Shown piece by piece: positions 1 through 14,160 of a stretch of DNA of 64,000 bases; the first letter of the stretch is position 1; the number at the start of each line of letters is the position of its first letter. A model generated the notes under the pieces. That model was not told the DNA's origin. It saw only the letters and a program-made list of their open reading frames with translations, and made no database searches. Source of the DNA: Lepisosteus oculatus. Its lineage: Eukaryota. A program made the position numbers and the translations under genes. The stretch is taken from positions 31,516,586 through 31,580,585 of the forward strand of contig NC_090710.1 of the NCBI RefSeq assembly GCF_040954835.1, given 5' to 3'.

Positions 1-539
1 GCAGGTCTTAAACCTGTCTTGACATATTATTTTGGATTCACACATCCATTCATTTTTATGAACATTTGCTCAGCATGAACTTATTTCCCATTACAAGCCT
101 GCTCATGGATGATTATTCATTTAAACACGGTGATGCTTTCAAAAGAACTTTCATCAGATTGTTTTTTTTTTCCAGAATAATAAATAAATGTAATCGTGCA
201 CTGATTATGTACTAGGACAAGATACGCAGCAAGGGTAGAATCAAAATAAGAAAGCAAAAGCCACAAACCACTCCTTTAAAGCTAAAACAATTGATCACCC
301 TGGAGCCCTGATTTAAATACAGTTGCACCATATGGTTACAGTATGTCTTAACACTCTGTGGAGTGGACAATAAGAGGAACTGATCTGGGGGATGGCTGGC
401 GTAATATTAAAAGCATTTGAAATATGACATATTTCATGCCTAATGTCAATAGCCATGTGAATTAGCTTTAAGCAAAAGGAAGTTCGCACTAGACACTACA
501 CTAAAGCAGTAAAATGTCATTGTCTTAGGGACAAGTTTC

Positions 540-850
540 ACAGAGCTAGCTCATCCACCCACTTTCCAGCTGTTTGATCCAGTGGAGGGCCACAGGGGAC
601 CCAGCAAGCGAAGCAGGATACACCCTGGACAGTGTATGACAGGGCAGAAAGACACAGACGCACACATGCCCACACCAGGCCGGTTTCCCCAGGAGCCAAT
701 TAACCCACCACTGTGTCTTTGGACTGTGGGAGGAAACAGGAGCTCCTAGAGGGAACCCACATGACCACGGAGAGAACATGCAGACTCCACACAGAGTGCA
801 CCCCAGGGATTGAACCCAAGGTCCCAGGATTGCGAGGCAGCACTGCTACC
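540..850 (-). mobile_element. tRNA-derived SINE (family B)
   Basis: Reverse complement reads GGTAGCAGTGCTGCCTCGCA...GGGTTCAATCCC...GTGTGGAGTCTGCATGTTCTC...TTTCCTCCCACAGTCCAAAGACAC. This is tRNA-like A/B-box head architecture. Confidence 0.8.
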
Positions 851-2749
851 CAGTAGGCCCCCCGCGCCGCCCGAAAAATAGCATCTGAAGATCAGGCCAT
901 GATAAGAAAACCGCACCCTTTCCTGGGAAGAGCGAGGACAACCTGGAGCTGAACCCGTACAAGGATGCAACAGAGTTTTAATCCCAGGAAAAGTCCTTCA
1001 CAAGGTGCACACACGCAGCTTTGAGACGCCTGTTAACCCAGCCTGTCTGTGAAGTGTGGGAGGAGCCCAGGGAACTCGGAGAATACTCAGGTTTGCACAG
1101 AGAGAGTGTGCGAACGCCGCTCATTCGGTACTCAAACCCAGAACCGAACAGGACCTAAGAGCTGTGTGGCAGCAGCAGTATGTGTGTTGCCCTACTGGCA
1201 GTGTTTTCTTTCTATAATGTTAATGGTGGGAACTGTCCTGTTCTCCTGTCCCGTTGTGATGGGACTGCTCTCCAGTTCGGCACAACTGGCTAATGACAGA
1301 GGAACAAACCAGCTCGTCCTGGCAGCGGAGGGGCATGGGTCCCATTGGAACAAGCCACCCCTGTCCCAGTGGTTTTTCATCATTGTCTTCTGGTTTTATA
1401 ATCACGGCAATATAATCGCTCCGATCTTATTAAAACCTAAGTCAAATAATACTTGAGAAAGCCAAAGTCATTTCAGCATACACGAAAACATCTGGAAGCA
1501 GAGACATTATCCAGCACATTATCCAGTGTGGACTGGGCATGATTTCTGATAACAAAGGTTAATAATTCATGCAATTAAAACTATGCAGGTCTGGAAGCAA
1601 AAGGAACAGAAACTACTTGCACAAGAGCAAGCTTATTGACTATTTCAGTTTACTGAGTCAACAGAAACGTGTCATGAATTTGTATGCCTCGCTATTTTTC
1701 ATCTTAACTCCATAAATAATCCACTGCTACAGCCCCGGGCTCTTCTCTTTATTAGAACTTCATCTTTGTCTTAGACGGTTGTGGTGAATGTGCCACTTGT
1801 GTCATCCTAGAACATTCCAGTAATTATGTCTAATCTGTAAAGTTTCTAATCTAGGAAATCCACAGTGAGAATGGAAGAGGAACAACCACATAAACAGTGT
1901 GATCTGGTATCCAAAGAACCATTTAAACATAAAAAAAACAAAGGACGTTTTTCATTTCCTTCTGAATTAACGAACAGGTACAACCGGTGCAATAGATTCA
2001 TACACAAACCAGAAATAAAGATAAAATAGTCACTTCAAACCATTATTATGATCAGTCACTTATCTATTTATAGCAGCTTACATTATTAATACATGCTACA
2101 GAAATATAAAAGGATTTCCACTAAGCCCTTCTCTGGATAAACTTGGTCAAGTTATTAGATACATAGAGCAAAATCCTGTAGCAAAAAATGTCAATATTTC
2201 TTCACAAGCACAAGAGGAACATAGGGACCGCCAGGCGATTTTAACCAGCCCTAGTCTTCAGAATAACTGGACTGTGGGCTTTGTCCTGTCACTGTCAAAC
2301 TGACGCAGCCGATGGCAGTATTCTGAGAGGCACGAAATCTGCTAGAAAATCTCAAGCAAGAGCAGTCCAGCGGTAAGTAGTCTCGTGCGGATTGGGAGAT
2401 GGAATATCATGTTAAAGTGATTCCAAAGGGGATGCCCAAAGCAGAAGCCTTTCTCCCAGTGTCAGAAATATTTCTCTGTGGGGACGGCTGTTATGTTCTA
2501 ACAGACAGGGCAATGGCAGGGGAGGTGTGCTCAGCCAGTGTGGGGTCTGACTACTGGCTTCACTAGTGAGAGCAGACTGCTCTTCGCTGGGCCACAGAGA
2601 GGTGACGGATGACGAAAGAGAAATGTGGAGTAAAGTAAAGCCCAGGTCCGGGCCTAAATCACTTCTTTCTCACTCAACGATTCTTTATGTCAATCATCTT
2701 TTATTGTAACCAAAGTTCTTAGAAACCCCAGGCCGTCTCCAGGGGCCGG

Positions 2750-3000
2750 TCGCCGGGGTCACGCGCTGCACTTCGCGCGATCAGCTGTGTGTTGTAACAC
2801 CCGGCCTGCTTGTGCTCTCATTGACTTTACTGCCCCTCCGCGCCCACCTGGGCCCCGCCAGCACACACCGCCCGCCCCGCCCTGCTCTGCCCCGCCTGCC
2901 CCGCTCTGCCCCGCTCTGGGGGGAGCGTGTTTGTGCTCTCGCTCGACTGGGTGACAGGTATGGCGCTGGTGCGGCCAGCAGGGTCTGCTCTTTCCTCCAA
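2750..3000. promoter_or_regulatory. CpG/GC-rich block with Sp1-like ccgccc repeats
   Basis: ccgcccgccccgccctgctctgccccgcctgccccgctctgccccgc. Confidence 0.25.
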
Positions 3001-4379
3001 GAAGCTGTCGGAGTAATTGGTGCAAGCCTGAGAGGGAGGGCAGTGAGTACTGGCAGGAATCACAACGGGCTGCATTAGCCACTGCCAGAGGCTCTCAAGC
3101 TGTTTCCCAATCACTACTGTGTTAGCATCGCCACTTATTTCACTGTTTAATGACACCTGACATCGTGGTACACTGGGACACCCCTCTATCTGGGGCTGTT
3201 GTCAGGCGAGAAATCCATCAAGATGTGATGAAGGCTAATTAGCCGTTAACTCTGGGGACTAGCTGACTCTGCAGGAATGAATCACCCTACTGCGTTCTTT
3301 AAGTCTGGAGTTTAAAAAGTTCAAGTTGCATTTTTCAGCATTTCAAGATGAGTATTAAAAACAATACTGTTCATTACAATTTTGCTTTCATTTTTTATGT
3401 TCCTCAAATATAATTAATGCAAACGCAAGATATGATCTAATAAGATAAGCTTATAGCATAGATAAGTGTCGTGCAGTGAGCTACCACAAGCAGATAATCA
3501 TAATGAGAAAATGCACCATTTATTAACAGCTAACTCTGCTGCCAAGAGCTGCAGGAGAGTCCTCGGGCTATTGAGCTTGTCCAAGGTCAAGCATTCAGAG
3601 TCAATGAGTGATGCACTCCTGCACTCTCAGAGCCAGTGTCAGAAAATTGCATCCTGCTACCAAGTCTTTTAAAAAGGACTGGGGTTGTACACACTGAAGA
3701 AATACCAAGTCATACCCGTGTGCATGGAAATATACAAATCTCTATTATCAAGGCACTGTCACTGTAGAGAGCACAGAAAATGCAGAGTATTACAACCAGT
3801 AAATCCACAAACAATAATCAGGTGTGTTTAAGCTATTAACACAGCATTAGAAGAAGTAGCAGATTTAATTTTTACAGACAAAAGAGCTTCAGTAACAGAT
3901 TGTAGACATAATTCAGCAGAGTTAAAAATTCATCTTTAAAATCACATTTTGTTTCACAGCAAAAAAAAGCCACCAGAAAAGCCAACCAAAAAAAGTCAGA
4001 AATGGAAAGAAGTAGCTATTTCAATCAATTAAGATACCTACCGCTCCTCACACTTTGCAATTGAACTTATATAGACTATCCAGCGGGGAAGTCCATTTAT
4101 TTTGAGGCTAGCTGTTAAAGGGTCTGTAAAGGATATGATTTTCACACTACAAGCTGGATATATATCCAGAAGTATTTTCTCTAGTCGTAAGTCATTCCTA
4201 CAAAAGTAAATTAAACCTTAGCCAACTTTGCACCCAGAGATATATAGTGGCAATACTTCCGATGTATCCTGTGTAGGGCATGAGTTTATTAATCTACTTT
4301 TCCTCTGCTCCCCACAAAGGGACGTACGGTATATAGCAGCACTGTGATCTAGAAGAACAGAAAAGTTTGGAATGTGCAC

Positions 4380-4620
4380 GCTGGCTACTCACGCCGGTCC
4401 TGTAGAACTCTCCGCAGCTTCCAGTACGGGACATGTGCACAGGACCCGACGCAGCGCCTGGGCTGTCCTCTGGGCGCTCCATGCTCCTCCGTGGCGCGCC
4501 CGGCAGCTCTCTCGCCGGTGTCTGCGCGGCGCAGGGCACAGCTGATTCAGAGAGTCAAGTGGAAGTGACAACTCAGACGACTCTGCACGGGGTGGAGTTC
4601 TGGCGGTCTGGAAGCTGAAT
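4380..4620. promoter_or_regulatory. CpG-rich island (candidate promoter)
   Basis: cgccggtcc..cgacgcagcgcc..ggcgcgcccgg..gcgcggcgcag. Confidence 0.3.
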
Positions 4621-6129
4621 CCTTCAGCTTGCAGTGTTAGTTAGTCGGTTCGTTTCTTTTCATTGACTATAGCCAGCTCTTTGTTACTCCTTTGTCTGGA
4701 GATCACTTTGTGAGGAGACAGGAATTCTCTCGCAGTTCTCCAGCAGTGAAAGCTGAAAAAAGCGCTTTCTTCTCGTTGCAGGACACATCGCATGAGGAGT
4801 TCGGTTCGATAGGGCACTCGGTGTATTTCTCTGGGACTACCGATGACCTGAAAATCCACTTGATCAGCACCATTGCCTCAGGTTTTCATTCTGAGCTTTG
4901 AGAGGCTGGACTGAAGCCGACTAGAGAAGGGGCTGTTTCTGCTTGCTCCGGCTCTCTGTGAGCCTGTCTTTGCTGCTCTGCTCCCTCTTCTGACTGTATC
5001 CATTCCGGTGGCACGTTATCCCTCTCAGCAGTCTGACATCTGTCTCTCATAAAGATGGTCCAGCAGAAGAGGGATCTAATGTCATGCTCTGTTGAGGACC
5101 CTTCTGCTGATGTTCACTGTATGATGTAGAGTTAGGGAACTAAAGCATAAATCTGCTTATTTCTTACTTTGGAATTTAATTTTACCCCTTGCTAACAGGT
5201 ATATGCTGTATATTTCATACTTAACAATTGCTTGGGTAGCTGTGCTTTTCAGTATGTCTACTAGTTACTGCCTTTGAAGCCTTTTCCAGTTTTCGACAGT
5301 CATACGTGTAATCTGTGGTTTCATGGTTTCATGAGAAGCTAAGAAAAGAGGCAGCAGATTTGTTTAGATCAATCAGTTTATCAGACCAAACGCTTTTACA
5401 TGCAGCACATGATAGCAGCAGCACTCACAAGCTACAGACCTCTGCATCGCAATACTAAACTAGAATATTGGCTTGATTAATTAATTTTCTTTCTACATCT
5501 TGCAGTTTCTCTCAGTTAAAAATATGCCTTGAGAAAACACATGGCACTTAACGTCTTGTCAGAAAATCACATTGGTTGTGCGATCAAGTGTTTAGAGACA
5601 GGGTTTAAAATTAAAAGTAAGTGTGAAGCAATTGTTTATTTCATCATAATTACTGCGATTATAACTAAATTATACTGCAATAATAACTGAATGAAACACA
5701 AAGTGCAGAAAACAAATTCCTTCGCATTATTTTTCGGTATTGGTTACTTATTTTTTCCACTGAAAGGTCATTTTAAAAGAGCACATGACCTGTCTGTAAA
5801 GGCTGCCAGTCGATTATTTAACGTTTGGGTGAACAGTTCTGTCTATCCGAAGACCTGTTTACTTTATGTAGCTCTGTTGTGCTTCAGGTTTCCAATACTT
5901 TCACGAATAAAGTGCAGTCTTAACGAACAAACTCCTCTGGTTTTGATCAAGCTAGCACACTCGAGGCTACAGTGAGCGCGATCAAGGTGTGTGCAAGAAT
6001 AAATGTATTTTCTGGCTTGGACGGGTCCCACTTGGCGAAACTTTCTCAACGTTACGCACCCCTGAGCTTTAGATACTTTCCAAAGAGGACCTTTGGCTCA
6101 GCAAGAATCACGTTTGGCGCCCTCAGATT

Positions 6130-6560
6130 GTGTGATGGCTAGGGCGCAGGTTACAGCCCCGGTCCGACGGTAAATCCCGACGGCTTCTCGGACTCTGCAC
6201 GCCCGCCTGTCCGTCCATCACACGCCTGTGGCTCAGGCGGCAGGGCGGGCGGAGTTCGGCGGTGCTGATGCCCCTCAGCCTGGCACCTCTCCCCGCAGGG
6301 GCCAGTGCAAATCCCCCACGCGCTCCGGCCACGAGGTGAAGACGGAAGAAGCGCGTCTCTCCAGCCCTGGGCAGCAGCAGGGAGGCACAGCATGGAAGCA
6401 CCATTGCTCTGAAGGTGCCCCTCACTGAGGAGACCGCAGGTGAGCTTCCGACAAGCCTGTACTCCACCCGTCTGGCACGGCTGCACTGCAGTGACGAGGC
6501 CAGTCGAGGCAAAACCGGCCTGTATTTCCCAAAGGATTCGACTATTAATGAGGCTGACAA
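6130..6560. promoter_or_regulatory. CpG-rich island with a possible splice donor at ~6440 (candidate first exon of an unknown transcript)
   Basis: GC-rich block. ccgcag|gtgagc lies at ~6436-6445. Confidence 0.25.
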
Positions 6561-9500
6561 GGAGACCCTGGAAAGCTCATCTGGGGTCTCAGCCTCTTTT
6601 TTTTCAACATTGGGCTTCAGTGGTTTAGACTTATTGGGTCCTTTAATTTACGTTTATAGTTTGAGTTTGAGCTATTGGTTTTGTATTGGCAAATAAGGGC
6701 AAAACCCTTTGACTGCCAGCGTCAATCACACGCCCAGTCCATGAGTGTGATCATGCAGCATTTACTGTATAATGATTTGGACATATATGTGATTGTGAAG
6801 TCTCTGCAATCCAGTTTGTCCAGAGATATATGTATCTATATATACACATATGGACACCTTGCGCCAGAGGCAACTGAAAAATGGAGACACTGACACATTT
6901 AACAACTCATTATCCAGAGTAATTAGCACAATCAGCTCATCAGTTCATTTCTCCCAGATTTATTTTCAACTGACATCTAAGAAGATAATTAGCTCAGAAA
7001 AAAAACACCTAATTATCTGTGTTTTATTTGCTTCAGCTATTGCCAAATTAAGAGCCCAGTACAATGTGGCTGAATGTCTTAATTATTTTTAAATTGCTTT
7101 TTCATCTGAAGACAGATGCTCTTGATTTTAAAAGACTGAGTGTATAACAGGTTTATGTCATTTATCTTTCAGGCTTATAGCAAAATAATTTTATCGTGTG
7201 ATGTAAATGTTCATTGTTTTTGTCTCACAGGCTCATTACTGTATCTTCATTACATGACTCTTTTTAAAACATTAGCTTTAAAAGTCTGCATTTCTTTGAA
7301 AACTACTCAAGGGAACAAACTATTTGGCTCTTGAGGATTTACCTGTGACTCGAAATGCCTTTTTCCATTTGCGCACTCCTACATCGAGCTGTTGCAGTGA
7401 TTGCTCTTAGAGAATTTAGTGGTATCTAAGGAAATAAAAAGTAACAGAACAGATCATCACTCAGAGCTGTGATATGATTTTTCTTTTCTATTTAAGTAAG
7501 GGTTTTCAAGAGTGATACACGTCTTACAGATAAGGAATGTTGGATATCACAGACATAAAATGCAGCAGGTCCCAGTTAGTGAAAATTCATTTTTTTTAAA
7601 TCGCAAGCTACAGTATTAAAAAACTACTGTAGTTTTGCACTGCATGCAGATCCTCCTTTCATAAAACAATCAGTGCAGCTTCACCAAAAAAACAATTAAA
7701 AATTCCCTCACACCACAGACAACAGCTCCCCTCGGAAAGTGGTTTAGGAGAAATGAAGATTATTGCTCCTGGAGTACTGAGAATCTGGCACTGAAGACGT
7801 CAGGTGTCTGAGGGACTGTTGAAGCCCAGTGACATTGCCTCAGGCCTCTGTTCTGAGACAGAGCGTACGAAGAAGAAGAGTTTAGGCAGATAAGATGCAT
7901 CTTTATAGTAATTGCAAGTGATTTGATAGGTCATCATTGCACAGCAAAGAGAGACGTAGATAATGCAGCTAAGCTCTTCCTTATCTTCAGCTGCAGTCAT
8001 CTGTGTAACCTGTCTGGGGACGATCACTCAGATTACAGCTCAGCAGCTCAGCTGGCTTTCGGAGCTCTTCGCTCCAGTTCAAATCTTGCACCACTGTACT
8101 TCCTGCAAACAAAGACCAGCTCAAAGTTAACTTTGCTGGCACTGGCAGCTGCCTGTTCTCCTGTCAGAAACTGCGCCAAGCGCTGCAGTGAATGATGTGC
8201 TTGGAGGAATGCTCAACCTTTAATATCATTGCTATACTGTTCTCAGAGAACAGCCTGCTCATTTTCACCAGGTACAGGTGTTGAAAACAAAAGGAAACCT
8301 GTCTAAATAAAGAAGCACATATATATATAAAAAAAACAAAGGAGGATTTTATAAAATTATGTGGTGCTTGTGACTGTGAATCAGAAGGTGCCTCTGAGCA
8401 TCTGTGATTCCGTCCTGCTGGGATGGTACAACAAGACTGGGAATCAGTCACTGGGCTTGTTGCAGAGGATGGAGTTAAGAATGGGAGGACTCTCTGGCAC
8501 TGAGCCTGTTAACGAAGGAGACGGTAATCTGGTGGGAGCAGCGTGGTGTTGGATTCTCCCTCAGCCGGAGGCCCATCCCTTTGGCATAGCAGAATTCTCC
8601 ACTGACTGAGCCGTGGCAGTGTGTGGCTCTGAAGACTGAGCTGCTCTTCAGCTGGCTTGGAGAATTTGCAGCTGGGGCACAGCTGTACAGTACATTCTGT
8701 ACTCACCGTGACCTAACGAGCAGCCCTGATAACCAAGAAATCCCAGCTTCACCCAGCCCTTCAGATTGTATTGCATGTTCTAATTATAGGGATTAGACGT
8801 AATGGCGTTCATATCCCGCAGGATCCCAAATTCTCCATGTGTAAGAGGGGGCCCACGTCCTCCAGCAGGGAAGAGCAGCTCCCCCTGGGTGACATGGGGC
8901 AGATATTCTGCACCAGCAGGCCCACTCCTCCCATCAGGGGCGAGAGGAAAGAGATTCTATACTGGGCAAAGGAAGCTTACATTATGCGGCAATTTAACCA
9001 TTTTTTAACACGTATTTTTCTCTTCCCGTCTCTTAGTGTGATCTTTGGTTTCTTCCCTTTGCTTGTTTTCACTGATGTGATTTTTGTTATGTACAATACA
9101 TCTGGCTTCCAGGGAGTGTGTAGTCCCTCATTGCGGTCGTTTGAAACAGCCTCTATTTCTGCATGCTGGAATGAGCACGGATTGAATTTGCCGACCAAAG
9201 GAGCTAAACGTCTAGATTTGTACACCTCACAAATGTTCGGATTGCTGTACTTCAGGAAAACCACCTCAAGTCCTCTGAAACTCACTATCAATGGTATGAT
9301 CACTGATAATGAAGACTGTTTCTGCCGAGCAATTAGTACACAGAACAGCATTAGGTTATGCTTTTCATTGGTTTACTCACCCATGTCCTTGATTCACAGT
9401 CTCTGTACTATATAAATCTTGATATTCAGAGAATGTCGGAGTCATGTGCTCATTTAGGGAAGACTTTAATTGAATTTGTGATCTAGTACTGGACAGTTAT

Positions 9501-10544
9501 GCCCTAAGACATCCCTGGCCCTTCTCGCTGCCTCTGATAGCTTCCACCTTCCAGACTTTTGCATGAGAATTAAATGTACAGAATGTGAAAGTTGATGAAT
9601 GAGAAATAATTATGTTAAGGACTGAACATTTTTTTGCGTACTGTAGGCTTAAAATGTGCCCGCATTGCCCGTATTTCTGATTTACCATTCTTACTGCAAA
9701 CTTTTACCTCCACGAATGTATTTTTCAGCCTTAAATCTTTTTACCCTAATATGTAGTCAATTGCTTTGAATTGCAGGAATCACACACAATAAAAATGCTG
9801 GCATCTGAACGCCTTCTTACTCCAGGATGAAGCCATGTGCCAAGAACATCCCTCTGACGTTTCAAAAGAGTTTTTAGAATTTGCTGCTGAAATTCACCCT
9901 CTGGATACTAAATGGTACTTAAGAGGCTCTTGTGCCCCCTTTGCTTCTCATCCAAGCAAACTATGTGGTGAGGGGATCTCCGAGGTAGAGACCGCCGCTC
10001 TGTGTCACGAGGCCAGGCTGCTCCATGAAGAATATGCTGATTGCCCGAGTAGGTTGGTTTCACTAAGACTGCAACAAACGCAGTGTTCAGCCTGTAGAGC
10101 CGCGCAGTGCAGCCGCTCGTTAATCAATGTGATTTGCGGCTTGTCTGAAAACCCTGCTGCTTGTGTTCATGGCGGTGATGTTTCCACAGTGCACGCTTGG
10201 CAGGGGTTTATTATTACTGCTGTTGTTGTGTTTTTTGTTAGACTCGCTGGCTTGGGCTATCAGACAGCATCACAGTACTATTCCCGTCAGCATCCAGAGC
10301 TCCGGACTCCGGATGTTGCTCTGATGCCGATTGCACTCTTCTGTGCTATCTGACATTTCAAGTCCCGTCCACTACATTTCAAATGCAGCTGCCAACTCGG
10401 CAGACACTGGGGATTAGGATAAATTGGTTCAGGTAAGTCTTCATGCCTTTAAATCCTCCTGTCAGAGCAATTTCTCTTCCACCCCGCATTCCTATTCAGT
10501 TTCAATCCCCAGGTTTTACTCATCTGAGTATTAAGATCTCATCC

Positions 10545-10990
10545 AATTTCCTGCAGATTTGTGAAGAGACGATATTCAAGGACATTTTAGCCAGGAGCCT
10601 GGTTGCCTCTGCCAGGAGGCTCAAGCGTGGCAGACAATGACCAATGACCAATGAGTCAAAGAGTAATAGATGGTTAATAGACCACAAAATCAAAATTTTG
10701 CAATGGCCTGTGGTTTGAATAACCGCAGACTGATGGATATCAAGGATCTGGAAAGATTCTGTATGGAGGAATGGTGTACGATACCCCCCAATGTGTTCTC
10801 CAGTCTTATGAAGTATTAGAGAAAAAAGCTCAGTGCTGTAATCCATGCAAATGGAGAGCACACAATGTTATGCATGTGCAATGTTTTCATTTTCTTCTTT
10901 TTTTTTGTTCGCATTCTGTTTAAATGTACAGGAGTGCTGTGTGTCCATAAAAAAATTCCCCCAGGGGACAATAAAAATCTTATCTTATCT
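10545..10990 (+). mobile_element. decayed Tc1/mariner-family transposase remnant (C-terminal third)
   Basis: Frameshifted translations read KDILARSLVASARRLKRGR..., ...IKILQWP..., DIKDLERFCMEEWCTIPPNVFSSLMKY.RKKLSAVIHANGEHT. They are colinear with the Tc1 transposase C-terminus (REILEENLLPSARKLKLGR...LEWPSQSPDLNPIENLW...LERICKEEWEKIP...YPKRLTAVIAAKGGSTKY). Confidence 0.8.
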
Positions 10991-11035
10991 TACGTACTGT
11001 AATGCCAATAATTGCTGTCCTTAGTAGTTCAAGTA

Positions 11036-11160
11036 GGGAGCTGCGTCAGAACAAGTAAAGGTTCCTTTCACACCCGAGAAGGCTCCACAACCGAAACGTT
11101 GTGTTTCCTTTCCTCTCTTTTCCGCAGGGAATAAACCTTTACTTGTTCCACTGCAGTGCT
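11036..11160. mobile_element. MITE-like palindromic element (family D) copy
   Basis: Shares agctgcgtcag...acaagtaaaggtt...ggctccac...gaaacgttgtgttt...ggaataaacc.ttacttgttcc with 4 other copies. Confidence 0.65.
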
Positions 11161-13586
11161 TATTTTTCTCGGAAATGTAATTAAATAAATCGAGAAGTGT
11201 GTCATTACGGTTTATCGTTCAGCGGTGTGTAGTCAGTTCTCGGCTGTCACTGTGCCAAGTGGCTGAGCAGCAGATCTGTTGCTTCAGAATCTTTTCTCAA
11301 GCTGGAACCCTGACGATGGCTGTAGCTTCTGATGGCGGAACTCATCCAGACCTTCTCAGAAGCCGGAGCAGTTGGCTGTTGATCCATGGAGACGTACAAC
11401 AAGAAATCAAAGGGCTGCTAATCCTCCCGTGAGATCGTATCTTTAAAATTATGTTGTCAGAGCACGCGAGAAGCTTCGGAGGTCAAGACGCAACAAGAAT
11501 CATGCTCTTGCTCTGCCTGCAAAGGATAAATGTGTGATGTCACTTCATTGATGTTTTTAAAACTTAAAGGGGAATGTGTTGCTACAAGGTGTTTGTACAG
11601 TCTAATTGGCATTCGATGGCTTCATTTTTTAAAAGCAAGCTCAAGGATCTTAAACTCACTGCCTTCACATGACATGCCAGTAAACAATCATTCTGGGCAA
11701 CTGTATAAACCATTATTCATTAACTAGATACACTATTATTTAGTACACAGTCAGTCCCTGGTACGAGCCCATCTGATTGAATATTTCCAGCCACAGCAAC
11801 TGGGCTCTCACAGCAGAGCTCCAGTGTGAATGTTTGTGTCTGCACCGCTGGACTGCAAAGAGCTGAAATTCTGCTACACAGCAGACACGAGCAAAACACC
11901 GGCTGACTACGGAGCAAGGCAGAAGTTAAAACAAATAAAGAGTCACAAATGCATAGCTGGACATGGAAGAAAGTAAGAGGACCGCAAAGAAGATAAATGA
12001 AGAGACAAAATGACCCACAAGATCTCGATAACGGACCTCTCATTTGATGACTTTTATGTGAGCACGTGGGTTGTAAGGCCCTTCTATATAAGTTATTTAT
12101 TTTAAGAGGTGGTTAGTAACTGCGAATTGGATCTATTGCAGAGGAGCAGTTTTTCAACCGTCTCAATGAGCACAAACCCGAGGCACGGGAAGGATTTCTG
12201 CTGGAAGGAACCCACTGCAGAGGTAGAAAGGTCTCATTTGTCACACGCCTGACACTTCCTCCAGCCCCTCTTCAGCCTGTGCAGCGATCCAGCTCTTCCA
12301 TTTGCTCATCCGACTTGTTTTGGAGTCATTTTAATCACTGAGAAGAAAGGAACAAGGCTTTCTGAAAATTCTTGGAAACCTTCTTACTTCAGGTAAAGGA
12401 AGGTCATGACTGTTTTGTACTGTAAGAGCTGTTCCTTCTTTATAAAGGAACATTTTATCCCCAGTCTTCTCCTCTTTATCTCACCGCCATGGCTCTGACT
12501 TCATCCCATCTTTTTATATCTTTCGATGATTTATTCCACCTACTGTTTACAATTCTGCCTTAGAGACAGTGTTTATCAACAGAAACGGCACGTTCTCATT
12601 TAGCTCTTCTGTGATTCTCAATGTTCTGTCGAGGTCCCTGACATGGCAGTGTTATGAGAGACGGGCAGAGCCCGTGTCTAATTTAAGGGATGGCAGGTCA
12701 GAGTCCTTTATCCAGCCACTGCAGTTACTGAGTCAGAGGATTGCTATCACACAGTACTGAAGTATTCTCCAGGGGAAAGGACACTGTACCTAAGGCATTC
12801 TCCATTTAAAAGAGGGAACACATTCTAAAATATCTTGTTTTATTTTAACACAAACTCGATTTTTATAGGTTCAAATAAAAGCAGAACCAAAGAGAATGTA
12901 CTAAACTTTTGTAAAAGCTCATTTTTATGTTGAAGGAAGGCCGGTTTCCGATCCAATGTCTTTGTCATGTTTCAAATGGCAGTCAAACAGTCCTCTGACG
13001 TTCGTTCCATCACTCTCCATGGCTCAGTGTGCACTGGTCTCAGATTTTGGGCCGCTCTGAGCAGCTCTGGTGTGAAGCTGGTGCCCACAGCACTTTCGGT
13101 GCCACTTAAGAGATGAGGATTTCCAAATAATACGTCTCATGTAGTCCCTTCCTCTTTTCCATTATCATCTGTGGCTTGCACTCCAGTATGCAAAGCCTAT
13201 AGTTTCTCAGTAAGTTTTCACATAGAATATCCTTCCTCTAACATCCTTCTTCTATAAGTAGAAGTTAATTATAAAGAGAAAACATTTTTTTCCCTTTGAT
13301 CTACAGTTACCATTATTTCCTCCTGGACCCTGGTTAAGTTTCTCTGGTTAAGACAACCGGCAGCTGGATTGTCACACCTCTCAGCTACCGGTTTCTCACT
13401 GTTCTGTGTGTTTTAATTATTTCTGAAAGCTCTCTTCAGCTTTCTGACTGAGCAGACATCACGCCGTTAATCCCAGCGGGTAATTGTTCTATGAGCTATG
13501 AGGCAGAATGCCAGCGAATGGTATGTTAGAAGAGTATAAACTCAATTAACATTCTGACAGATCACCCTGTTGTTTATGTTTTGAGC

Positions 13587-13587
<1 letters not shown>

Positions 13588-13634
<47 letters not shown>

Positions 13635-14160
13635 TGCTTCCACTTATATAGCACTTTTCTGGACACTCCACTCAAAGCACCTTACAGGTCATGGGGATCC
13701 CCTCCACCCCCACCTGTGTGCAGCCCCTCCTGGATGATGCTCCAGTAGGCTCCTCACACACCAGCTCTCAGTGGGGAGGAGAGCAGAGTGATGAAGCCAG
13801 TTCAGAGATGGGGGTTATTAGGAGGCCATGACTGGTAAGGGCCAATGGGAAATTTGGCCAGGACACCGGGGTAACACCCCTACTCTTTTCAAGAAACGCC
13901 CTGGGATTTATAATTACCACTGAGAGTCAGGACCTTGGTTTTACGTCTCTTCCAATACAGTGGACTATACTGGGGCATTAGGACCCACACAGACCGCATG
14001 GTGAGCGCCCCCTACTGGTCCCATTGACACCAGTTGAAGCAGCAACCTGAGCTTTCCCAGGAGGTCTCCCCTCCAGGTACCGGCCAGGCTCACACCTGCT
14101 TCTATTAAGTGGGCGGCCAGCTGTGACTTGCAGGGTGACACGGCTGATGGCTTCTGCTCC
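13588..14160 (-). mobile_element. SINE family A, ~580 bp full-length copy with (TTA)n tail (read as (TAA)15 on the + strand)
   Basis: Near-identical, by eye, to the copies at 22506, 28612, 31236 and 40319. The 13588-13633 microsatellite is its tail. Confidence 0.85.

Noticed and set aside
1040-1460. 135-aa + strand ORF with an antisense 63-aa ORF; sequence has a SINE-like feel (cccattggaacaagccacccctgtcccagtgg)
   Set aside because: I could not match it to any of the repeat families found elsewhere in the window, or to a protein. Left unannotated.
8771-10353. Long intergenic ORFs (214 aa at 8771-9415; 172 aa at 9835-10353); also 193 aa at 23819-24400
   Set aside because: No recognisable domain or motif, and no splice-consistent context. 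About 2-3 ORFs of this length are expected by chance in 64 kb of moderately GC-rich DNA across six frames. The supplied ORF track also counts GTG/TTG starts (for example the 47545 ORF begins at GTG), which inflates ORF numbers.
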